Shown here: positions 39,667 through 51,430 of the stretch, piece by piece
How the letters are laid out: each line of letters begins with the position of its first letter
Numbering within the stretch: the first letter of the stretch is position 1
Assembly (NCBI GenBank): GCA_045837725.1
Contig: JBEWZL010000216.1
Span: forward strand, 186,001 to 250,000
Reading direction: 5' to 3'
From: Vermamoeba vermiformis
Lineage: Eukaryota
Length of the DNA stretch: 64,000 nucleotides
Made by a program: the position numbers and the translations under genes
The notes under the pieces: model-generated
What the model was told of the DNA's origin: nothing
The model's database searches: none
What the model saw: only the letters and a program-made list of their open reading frames with translations

Positions 39667-42600
39667 TTACTCCAAGCGATTGATTCTCGTTCCAATTGTA
39701 TTATTGCTGCCAGACCCAAAAATGTACTTGCTATTCCATTCAAAAACTGGGGCAAATGAGTCATCGAGGAAAGCACTTTCAAACTCTCTTGAATACAAGT
39801 TCCATACTGCACATATGTCATACTTGCTTTTCAATATTACTCGGTCATTTGCTGCTGAAAAAATGATTTCAGCTGTGTGGAACTGAAGAATAAAATTAGA
39901 GTCTGATTATATTTAACAGAAATTATTAAGCTAATTAGTTCAATGACACGTGAAACGATTTGACACTTAGGGAAATATGACACTTTTGACATGGGAAAAA
40001 TATCTTGTCACTCCTGGAAAGTTTTTGAAAATGTAACAACTTACTTCAATATCAGGCTTTTTTGTGTTTTGAAAGTCTTCAATCGGCAACTTTCGCAAAT
40101 CAAAGTATGATATTCCTTCCTTATCTATGGCAGCAAAACAATGCTCATCAACAAATACGAGTTGACCTGACATCCGTGCATTGCATGATAGCATTATGAG
40201 ATCGTTTTTGTCACTAAAGAACCATTTGGTTGGAGTTGTGTAAGCTGCTACTCCAGTAAGACGATTGACATCCAAGTAAACTTCTTCCCCTTCAAGAAGT
40301 TCAGGAGAGAACTCTGTACAGCTTGGCATTTCACTGTTGAAGTTGTATATAAACTGCCCTATTCAAAAAAAATTCAACTTGTTAAGTGACATTTTTCAAG
40401 CAAATTTTTCCTTGACTTACCCCAGTATATTTTTCCATTGTTAAATATCGATCTTCTTGATAAAATTTCGTGATTAGATTTAAACGGCACACTGGACAGC
40501 TTTGTTCTGTTTCGATATGTATGCCACACATATTCATGTCCCAAGCTTTCAGCAAACCCAAATGTAATGTCTGTTGGCGTTGATTCAATTATAACGAAGC
40601 CTGTTGCTTGTGTTATGTCTTCAGCTTTCAAAGTTACGTATTGTTGCTCAAATGTTTTGTTCCAACAATTTGTCAATGAAATGTTTCGATTTGGTTGATT
40701 TTTCCAGATGATCCAATTATCGTCTAATGCAGTAATTTCTGATTCACCTGGAATATCTTCGACCACTTTCAGCTGCCCTTGTTTTAAGCCACGAGCAAAA
40801 CTAAGGTATTGATTAGAATATCTTCTATCATGTGGATTCATGATTTACTTGCCTATTTTGGTAATCAATGTAAGTTCCACGCATTTCTTTTGGTACAGCC
40901 AAGTACTGAGCATGTTTGAATGGTCCTTGTGCTTTGAAGTATTGATTCCAAAATGAACTTTGCAACAGCAATGTCTTCATTGAGAAGCACTTCTTTGACA
41001 TGCAAAACACTGCAAATATGTCAACCATTGACATGTTGCCTGTGATCAACACAAGAATATCAATCGGCAGTTCGTGGATCGGAAATTCCATTGGAGTTTC
41101 AGTCACTGCAAATTTAAGATTTGGTAAAAGTGGTATTCCTAAATGATGATAATACATTAATGATATTAATATCATTACTAACTATATAGTATATGTTCAA
41201 GAACGTACCAGCTATTTTAAGCAATGAGCGGTGTCTAAATCCCAACTGATATAAAAACAAGCTCAATCCCTTGTCATTGCGATACAATCGGCTTTTACGA
41301 ATAAAAGTTAGCTTTTTGATGTCTTCTTTGTTTCTTCGCACAATAATTGCAACTGCATCGATCAAGTTCTTGAACAACAGGCTGCCTGAAATAGCTGTTA
41401 GTTAAAATAACCCTCGGAATAAATAAAAATACCTAAAAAATGGTGGCCGGAATTCGCTAGAAAATCGTTCACGGAATAATCTCCTTTGCTATCACTGTAA
41501 AAATTACAAGATTAGTCATCTATTTATAGTATTAAGAAATATCTTCTCATTGTACCTTGTTGTGAAAAATTTAAGCCAATGCTTGCGAAGAGATGGAAAT
41601 TGGTTGAAATCTTTTACGCTCGCATATTTTGCAAAGAAATGCGACAAATTTTTTCCAGCAGAGCTGTCAAAGGGCACATGATCAATTGTCGTATCTATTT
41701 TTGGAAAAAATAACATAGTTAGATATCGATTTTTTTTGGCAGATCTGTTAGACGCGGCCAAGATCCCTAAAATTCTAATCTCAACAACGTACCCAATGAA
41801 GGACATTTCTTCGAAATTAGAAATTTGAATAGCCTTATATATTTTCGAACGATGCAAGCTGCCAGCTCGGTCAAATCTGGATTCAAAATGCCTGGCGCTG
41901 CACGAGTCGAAGAGCAAACGCGATCTAGATCCATAACCAAATTCCATTTTTCTTCGTACTTGATGTATGGATTGATTATTACGCAGTAGAGAAGCGTATG
42001 CTCTATTGAACAAAAAGATTAGACCAGGGAAAAGATCCGCTCGACATTTTTTTTTTTCATGAAATGCCTTTTAATTAGTGCATTAATTTATTTAGGATAA
42101 TGAAGACTTACTTGTGCCATAATAATCGACTCTAGCATTTAACACGTCTTTCAGATCCGTTGCGTGGTATCGTACCAAGGCCCTTAACAATCTGGGCTGT
42201 TTGACCAAATCATCGTACGTCAAGACATTTGTTTGGTGCAAAATATATACGAGCCATCGCACGAACTGACGGTTTTTTTTAATTTTTACTGCATTATTTA
42301 GTGGTTAGAAAAAATCTCAAAACGGAACGAATCTACGACTTTTCGAGATCGGACCAAGAATATTTTCGACTTACGTAATGAACCCATCCATGGATAACCA
42401 AAGGCCTTGAAAAATTTTTGGCTCAGAATAAAGTCATCTTTCGATAAATGAGAATGCACCAAGTAAGCTGCGACAATTTGGGCTGCGATCGGTTTGTCTT
42501 TGTACAAGTCGCGATACTATACACGATTAATATCAATCTATATTATTAGTATTTTAAACCTGTAATAGTAAAATACCATAAATAGTCCTTTTAATGAGGG

Positions 42601-42921
42601 GCTAGTGTAACGAGTGAAGGCAAGTTCAAGAACGGAATGCATAATGTCGTAATTCTCGGATTGTAGGGCTTCTTTAATTATTGGAGAGTAGGAAACGAAG
42701 TTTACGTTAAGATCTGAGCATTTTGAGACTAGCCGGGTGACATCTGCCAAATTTTCTAAAATAATTCGATTAATTTTAATTAAAGCTTTAATTTGCTCAG
42801 ATAATTCGTCCATACCTCCTGCAATCGCAGCTTTCAACTGATTAATTACCTGAATTTTTCTTGCGTTAATACGGCAAACTATTATTAATAAAATGCATAC
42901 TTGACGTACCGTTTGCTCCAT
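39667..42921 (-). CDS. Paralogue B of the internal-F-box protein, convergent with A
   Basis: MEQT|VINQLKAAIAG|ENLADVTRLV; F-box IHELPIDILVLITGNMSMVDIFAVFCMSKK; similar exon layout; stop TAA at 39667-39669. Confidence 0.75.
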
Positions 42922-43259
42922 TAAAATTATCTCATCAGTTGATCTTCTTAAATAATTAATAGCCTTGTGTCGCCTTGTAGAAACGCGTTATTGTTATGAA
43001 GCTAAAAAAACAATTCGATGTTCCCAATAATAAGTCTAAATGTGTCACAAGCTCTTAATGGATTCACAAACGCGTAATTTGCCTGTACATGTAATTTGTC
43101 TAGTATATGTATCGAACAATATCCTTGAAGCGGACCTTGCACTCTCACTGTGAGATCTACTTGCGCAACAATACAACAAACTTTGTAAGTGCAAGTGCAA
43201 CCCAAAACATAAAAAATGACGGCGAATCCGATCTATTTTTAAGTTGAAAAAACGTCCTT

Positions 43260-46200
43260 TATTAGCTCTGCGTTTGTCTACAGATCGGGCAAGACAGACC
43301 AGATCGGTTTAGCTCCAGCGAAGTCTGATTCACAACTACGTTCGTATTACTGGCTGAAGGTGATAACGGCTGCTTAGTTGATGCTCTCTTTGAATCACTC
43401 TGTTGTGAAATAAAAAGTTAGATCGGATCAGATCGAACTTATTTTTTTTTGTTATGGATCTCGATTGAATTATTCGCGTTTAAACTATCGTACCTGCGCC
43501 AAACACTGTTGATGGAAGGTATGATTGCAGAAGAATATTACAACTCCACCACGTTTCTTCGTCGCAAAAACATTAGCGCTGCACAACTGACATCTTGTCG
43601 TGTCTTCAACGCGCATGCCTTGCTTCAGACCTTCATATAACTTGGAGGCTAGCATGACACAGTCGGCCTTAAGAACGTCTTTGCAACCTTCCCGCAAGGA
43701 CATCTAATGTAACAAAAATTAGTGACCCGAAACATACCGTGTCACATGACTATTTTTCCATTATTATACGTACTTGTAAATTATAATCACCGATAATTTT
43801 TACGAGTCTGTCTCGCAAGCCGGGAATTTCCATGCCAGGAATGATCTTTTCAATCAACTTGAGCGGATTGATGTGCGTACCTGCGTTCTCCAAAAGTCCC
43901 GAGACGAATACAGGATCGTTAATGCTCTTAGCAATCAATTCGTCCCACAATTGCTCGTCGTTTTGTTTTTCTACGAAATCAATCGCCTAACAGGAAAAAT
44001 TAGCGTCAGAAAAAATGCATAAAACGAAGAAATTTTTTTACGTACTTGTTTGACGTCTCTCAATTGATTAATCAAAAGTTCCAAGGCCGCAGTTATATTG
44101 CCCATGCGTCCTAATATAAACACCATTTCTTTGTACAATTTCGCTTTGGAACAGATCTCGAAAGCTTTGTCCAAGTTATACGAGTTGCTCTACAAAAAAA
44201 AAAATTTAGATCTGCTGACGAATTATGAGAACTAACTAACTGCCTACCTTTTGCAAGAAGTCTAATAAATTAGGCAAATCATAATCAGCGTACAACTGCA
44301 CTTGCAAATCGTGAATTTTTGCGTCATAAATAATGGTCTCTTTCTTCCTCAAGTGGTGCAAATAAAACAACTGGAGTCTTGGATCCGTTTCGAGTTGTTT
44401 CAAAATTGCAGCAACCTAAAATAGAATAATTAATAATATTTCCTTTTTTGGAAATCGCTTGCTACGTACCGGAAGTTTGTTGGTATTTGAAGTCAACAAA
44501 TCGACAGCTTTTTCAGGATCGAATTTAACGAGCAATAAAATCTTGTCGTTAATAGAGTCAAATAGATTATGCGTCTTGATCAAGTCAAAAATATTGCCAG
44601 ATCCGAGTTTGAGATAAATACTCAAAGTCTTATCAAACTTTTTGTCGTAAGTGTACCTAAAAATTATTATTAGTCATTGAAAATCGAATATATTTAAGTC
44701 CTTACAGCTTAGCCAATGAATGGAGCAAGAAGTTATTTTCGCCGCTTTGACTGATTTTTTGTTCGACAGCCGTGACAAGTGCGTCCATTTGATACAAATT
44801 GCTCGGCCACTCGGTCACTGTTTTGAAAAATCCTTCAGGGTCTTCTCGTAGCTGCCACTGCAAGACCATTTCATACACGTGCGGGGATAACAATGGATTA
44901 CCAACTGGAATATATGGCGCGATTTCCTACGGCACGCGTTAGAAATTTCCGAGAATTTTTCCGTTTTACACAGAATTATATGAATAAAGGCGCCATTATG
45001 TAAATATAATTTGCGTGTATTAATAGAACACATACCTTAAGCTGCCTAATTTTAGCAAATTTGAAGATCCATTTCTCCCACAACTGTACATCACGCTTCA
45101 AAATCTTTGGTGAGACTGAAGCTGCTTTATCAAATTCGCCGTTCGCCAATAAGAAATCGAGATATCTTTCTCCGATCTCGGTAATATTGTGATTGCGAAG
45201 ATCTTTCTCGTGACCTTCCGCGGCCTCAAGTGCCTCTTCGTATCTTCATAAAAAACATTAACATCACGTGCAAAATATTGACCTTGCCGCCTACCTTTCG
45301 CGTTCAATCAACCAGGCCAAATGATCGTCTCTGTCACGTGGTCTGGCCAGCACAATATCACGTGGCGCAACAATATAGTACATTGATTCGCCAGGCATTT
45401 GCTCGAGGCGATAATCCATAGACTAATCACTCAATTAATTCATAATCTAATACTATTGTAATAATATTTATACTTACAGTATGAGTCTGATGACCGACAA
45501 TAGACAACGCATCCGATGAAATTTCACCGTTGGTTCGCGTTACAATTTGCAACTCAGGCAAATTGCTCACCTATTATTGTTAGAGATAGTCATTGTTATT
45601 ATAATATTCTAGACTTACGACTTTGGTCTTGCCAGGGTTGCTCGGATCTGGTACTTGTTCCTCGGTGTAAGCCAAAATAACCAGATCTTCACCGAACGGA
45701 GCGATTCCGCAAATGAAATAATCAGTCTGGAACATGCCATTGATCTCTACATAACGTGCTGGCAAGCCACTGCTGTTTGCTTGTGGTCTCATTTTGATTC
45801 GGCAAATTTTGACGCAGTCGGCCCAACCAATCAGCAACTGATTAGGATTCTCCCAGACGAGGCAGCAACGATAAAGATCTGGTCTAGGACTTCCTCTACA
45901 CGGGCACGATATAATATTAGCATCATATTGACATTAAGATATTAAGGTATGTATGAAAATCGGTGAAAAGTACCTTGGTCGATCAATATATGTAATTCGC
46001 TCGCCAGTCTCGCAGTCAAAAATTTTCACACCGACTTCGTTTGCCCATGCAATTAGAGGGCCTCTCCATTTAATTGCAAAAATAGCTCCTTCACCTTGAT
46101 GAATCAAATCGTTTTTGGGACCGAACCAACCTGCCACGTGAAAAAATTAACAAAAATAGTTCAAAATACAAAGAACCGAATAGATAATTAATTTCATGAA

Positions 46201-46983
46201 TGCGATATTCACTGAAAACAATACCTTTTGTGGTCATCATGAGCTGGCCTGATTTTCCACCAGTCACAAATCGAGGCTTCTTAGTCTTCGAGAACATCGG
46301 GTCTAACGCAACACTAGTGACAGGTCTGCTATGTTCATATTCGTATTTTTCTTCGGCATATAATCCTTGAATGACAACTTTGCCATCGTCTGAACACGAA
46401 GCAATAAATTCTTTCGCCTCGTCAACACTAATGTCATTAACTCTCGCCGTATGATTCCTGAACTCTCTGATTTTATCGCCGTTGAAATCAAGCATATAAA
46501 TTATACCAGCGTGCGTGCCCATAAGCTAAAAAAAAAAAGAAATAAGAATAAATGCGTGAGTGGAATATTATTGAGAAAAATACGCAAAATATTCGTAATT
46601 ATAGACAAATTGCGATATTACGTAAATTTATAATGTTGTTCTGATCATTCTCCGGTAATTGAAAAGTCGATTACAATTTCTTCAATTAAAAATTTCAAAT
46701 AAAATGGAATAAATACGCAAATACAACATATAAATTAGTAAAGAGTGTAAATATAATTAGAAGATATATACGAATTTTTCTGATTAAATTGTTGCATCTG
46801 ATCAGAAAATCATACCAGAAATTTATCCAACACAGCCATACTGCTGGCAAAATCCTTCTTTAATATTTCAGGAACTGCTTGTCCTAACCGTTGGTATTTT
46901 AATTTAGGCTCTTCGTCCTCCTCGTCTTCCTCGCTCAGTTCCTCATCAAGATCTTCGTCGATCGCGGGCTCATTTCGCTCCAT
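43260..46983 (-). CDS. VPS41: Vacuolar protein sorting 41 (HOPS subunit); 3' end uncertain
   Basis: Acidic N-terminus then EPKLKYQRL; WD40 motifs GTHAG..ASCSDDGKV, IAWANEVGVKIFD, LIGWAD, FQTDYFICGIAP; clathrin repeat EMVFILGRMGN; IPGLRDRLVKIIGDY; RING-H2 CQLC..CNHTFHQQC. Confidence 0.93.
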
Positions 46984-47145
46984 TGTTAAGTACAAATAAA
47001 TACCAACTATGTGTTATTGATGCTATAATTACAAATAATTAAACTTGGCTTGAAAGAAAAAAAAAGGCGCTCAACGAAATTTTGACAAACAACAAGCGAA
47101 CGAAATCTTATTGAATAAATAATAATTTATTACACGTAATAATGC

Positions 47146-48817
47146 TTAATGAACGCTAGCTCCATCCACGTCAATAAGCATTTCAATCAGAAAACCGATC
47201 GCGAAAGCAGCACCAGCAGTGACACCACCGTTCGCCAACATAAATAGACCTGACTTCCAGAATGCTTGATTGGTGAACTTACTCTAATTATAACAATTGT
47301 TAGAATTAGCCTGTTGAGTTCCAGATCTCGCTTACCGTGATCGCGCCAAGTCCGAACAGAATTCCCACGGTAAAAATACAAGCGAATAAGAATGGCAAAT
47401 CAAAGCCAGCCTCAGCTATAACATAGAATTAGCTACAGTTTTGGTGCCTTAACGTGTGTTACGACTTACTGTCCAAGCCTTTGATGACACCCGCAACAAT
47501 GTACACGATCAACGGAATGATACCAAAAACAAAGAACGCGGCAACTGTGATAAGACCTGTTTAATATTACCATGTTAATAATTTGGAAGGCGTACAGCGT
47601 GCAGGCCATGTGGGTATAGCCAAAGCTACTAGCAAGATCTGGATCCAGATCTAGTGCTTGAAACATCCGTACTTGTCTCGCTTACCGTTCTTAATAGGGC
47701 TAGGATTAGGTGTATCAGGCACGAGACCGAGTTCAGCAGTCATCATAATGTCCACAAACAAGTTCTTGCATCGTGCCAAGATGTCAACTGCCTCACGTGC
47801 GTCTTGTATTGGCAGTCCTCTCTATAAGGCTACATTAGCATTATTCTATTATGACTAGCAGCTACTCTAATACCTTGGTAAAAGCCTCGACTAGTTCACG
47901 CTTCTCGCCGTCCAAATAGTTGTCGAACTCCCTGTCATCAACGAGTTAATTCGACGATGCCAGTAAAGCAAAAGTTGCTGCCTTCAAGCCTTTAAACGTT
48001 AATTTTGTCAAAAACGTACCATTCTTCGCGCTTTCGTTCATTTTTTACAAATTGATTCTCTGCTCTGCTTGACATGAAGTCACCGACACCCATCGCAAGT
48101 CCGTCAGCTGTCAAGTTAACAAAGCCCATGACCAACACTACTGAGTATGGAAATGATGCACCCGCTGCACCTGCCACTGACTAATATAATAATCGGGTCA
48201 GTTGGTTTCGCTGGATCCGCTTCCCAAAATAAAACTCCATTTTTCATGAACGGCAAGTAATTTTCCGAACCATCGAGTTATGCTTTTAGTTAGAGTAGTA
48301 TGTTAATATGTAACGTTTAAAATGATCGCAGCAGCACAAGTTTGGCACAGATCTAGATTTAACTGTCAAAGCAGCTGAAGTTCTATGAGAATCTAGAACG
48401 TTCGATTGCGAGAATAGTAAATTTGATATGATTCTAGTGCGTGTTAAATAAACATGATTTGCCACAGTGTAAATAAAAGGCACCAGTGCATAACCGCTCG
48501 TTAAAATAAATTCAAGCAATTACTTACAGCAAATGTCGTAATAATGCCATCGAGACCGCCGTAAACTACACTTTTAATGTATTCGCCGGCCCTATAATTT
48601 TAAGGTAAATATTTAATTTTGAATTTTCAGGATCCCTGTGCCACGACGATTAACATTGTAGTACTTACTTAGGATGCACCTCTTCGTGTCCCTGAGGTAC
48701 CAGTCCTCCAGTTTCTTCCAATTGAACGTATTCTTCATCGTGCAATCTTCTGGATTCCTCGCCATCTCCTTTCAAAAACGCTTCCTTCTTCGGATCTGAA
48801 TCGCTGAACCAACTCAT
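47146..48817 (-). CDS. VIT1: VIT1/CCC1 family vacuolar iron/manganese transporter
   Basis: YIKSVVYGGLDGIITTFA; NLTADGLAMGVGDFMSSRAE; ERKREEWE; FVDIMMTAELGL. Confidence 0.9.
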
Positions 48818-49302
48818 TGTAATAATTTAATATTTGTGTGTACGATCACCAATTCTTGATCTTGGACTGATTCGGTTCTGTTTGACAGTTTTCATCTGCC
48901 AGCCTGGCTGTCAAAATTTTTACCGGCGAGTCCCCAGACGTACTTCAAATATTCATCCCAACCATCGTACGAACTACTAGTTACTCAAAGATTAATACAA
49001 CACATCTCATAATACAGTCACCGAGATTACCATTCACAGCAAACTCGGATTCGCTCGCGAGTGATCCGTGCTCATGCTCCTCAGCCTCTACCTGTTGCAC
49101 CACTGCTACGCGCAACCAGAAATAGAGCTGGAACCACGTGATGAAAGACTTCCAAAGCACGTGGCTATTATGCGTTAGGTCCCCTTTCTGCGATATTTCT
49201 CAAAACTGGCAGCATAAAAAAAAATTCGGTCGTAAGTTTTATTCATTCAAAACAAAACCGCTTACCACACGCACCATCTACTCTCTACAACCTCTATCAA
49301 CT

Positions 49303-51159
49303 ATGTCTGAACCAAGTGACTTCATTCGTTGGGGATCTATCGAAGGATTGCACCACATTCGCTCTCATCTGGAAAAGGAACGCGATAAGACTACGGGTAT
49401 GGGGGGGCTATACATAAACTTTAGAGGAGTCTAAAACAGGCTTCGAAATTATTTTCTTTATCAAACTCTATAGTCTCTCCATACATATAACCGTATCTTA
49501 AAGCTAAACTTTTCCGATGAGAAAAAATTTGCATTTGTAGAAATCATTTATGAGTTTTGAGCTTTTGAAATTGAGTTGTTAGGGCCTGCGTAATAATAAT
49601 AAGAAAAGGCATCGCTATTTTCGCCGGTGGTGAATTATGAAATTAATTTTGTTTTTTTTGGGGGATGCAGGCGAACTTTTTGCTCCTTACTCTATCATTA
49701 ATGCCCATAACATGACGCTGCGATACCGATCAAAGGTTAAATTGCACGGCATGAACTGCGGTGTTGTGATTAACCAAGGAGAGATCAAGCTCCAGAGCCG
49801 TAACATGTTTATGGATGGATCTGTCCAAGGTACGTCTTAATTGCATATCTTCCTCCTGCAAGTTTGCAACATATGCACGTGCTTTGTGGTGCTTACTGTT
49901 GTATTGTTCAGGAAACAAGCAAAAGGGCAAATTTTTCGGATTCGACGCGTGGGCCCTTAAACAAAAAGATTTCTTTTTGGCGCTTGAAGAACCCATTAGA
50001 AAGCACCTCAAACTCGCCGATGATGCTCTCATCACGTTGTTTGGCGAATGGTGCGGCCCTGCTGTGCAAAAAGGTAAGCTGACGATTTGCCGCCTTTTTT
50101 ATTTGAATCTGATCGACCGTTGGAAATATTCAATTTCTTTTTTTATCCTCATTTATATTATTTTAAAATACTCGACTATACATCAAATAGGAAAAATTGA
50201 TCAATTCCGTTAGCTAAATCCAGTAGCGGATTAACGTTTTTTGTTTATCCGAATATTATTTTAAATAACCATGTTATAGGTGTCGCCCTTAGCAAGCTAA
50301 AGAAGCCCATTTTCGCTCTCTTTGCAGTGCGCGTTAGTACAAACCTCCTGATCGTCGAACCTGAAGCCATCCACAAACTATTGGAATTGTCTTCCAAGCC
50401 TCGTCCAGCTGATCTCTATGTGCTGCCGTGGCACGAGGACTATCGTATGCCCGAGCAGAGCCATCGCGAGATCACTTTGAAGTACGACGACGAAACTAGC
50501 CTCGAGGCAAAGGCAGTCATCATTCAATCAATTGTGGTCGACATTGATCGCGAAGACCCTTGGGTCCGTCGCCAATTCGACGTTAGCGGCGTCGGCGAAG
50601 GATTGGTATTCTATCCTATGAATTTGATTGGTGACGGTACGTATAATCAACGCTCAAACATGCGTGTAAACGCAAGATCCAAATTACTTTTAAAAAATTT
50701 ATTTCAACTTCTCTCGCATTCCAAATCATTAAATAGCGCATATTTTATATACACTATTGATATATTTATTAATTTTCGGTCTCTTTAGATGGTTACATCG
50801 CATCCGAAGTGTTCGAAGCGTTCAGCTTCAAGGCTAAAGGTGCCTCGCATCAAATGACATCAGGCGCGCAATCAAAAGGCATCCAATTGAAGACTCAAAC
50901 TGTTGCATCTCCTCAAGAGTTCGTCGAGTTGTTCTTGACTGTTAGCCGCTTCTCTCAAGGTGTCACCGAGATCACCCTCGGAGACATGTCCGCGCTCGAG
51001 AAATCCAAGTTTATTGATTGGGTAGTCAATGACGTCAAGAAGGAGAGCAAGATTGAGTTAGAGGACAGCAAGTTGAATTGGACCGACGTCGAGCCGCTCA
51101 TTAGAAACAAGGCAGATGCGTGGTTCGACGAGAACATCAAGTTGTCTCCTCAATCGTAA
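49303..51159 (+). CDS. ATP-dependent RNA ligase, Rnl2-like family (5 exons)
   Basis: Motif I KLHGMN, Ia QSRN, III FGEWCG, IIIa FALFAV, IV EGLV, V FKAK, and an Rnl2-like helical C-domain (FLTVSRF...VNDVKKE). Confidence 0.85.
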
Positions 51160-51430
51160 GACTCGTTTATCTATGTTTAATATATTCTCACCAGTTGCTT
51201 AATTAACGCATATTGTAATCGTTCTTATCAATTTATCAAAAAATAAATTCCTTTAAACCGGATTTGCCTTTCTTTCGTGCCAACTGGTGAGAAAAAAACG
51301 ATGTAAATAGGAGTACTCCATACTTATATTACTTGGCAGGGGTTTTAAGAAGACGTTTTCACTGGCTAATAGCTCCTATGTTTCTCCGTTAAAGTCGTCT
51401 TATTCGTCATTACGACTTAGCACATCCGTT

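Noticed and set aside
49134-49164. Paired CACGTG boxes upstream of the RNA ligase as a specific regulatory element
   Set aside because: CACGTG occurs many times in the window, so no specific function can be supported.
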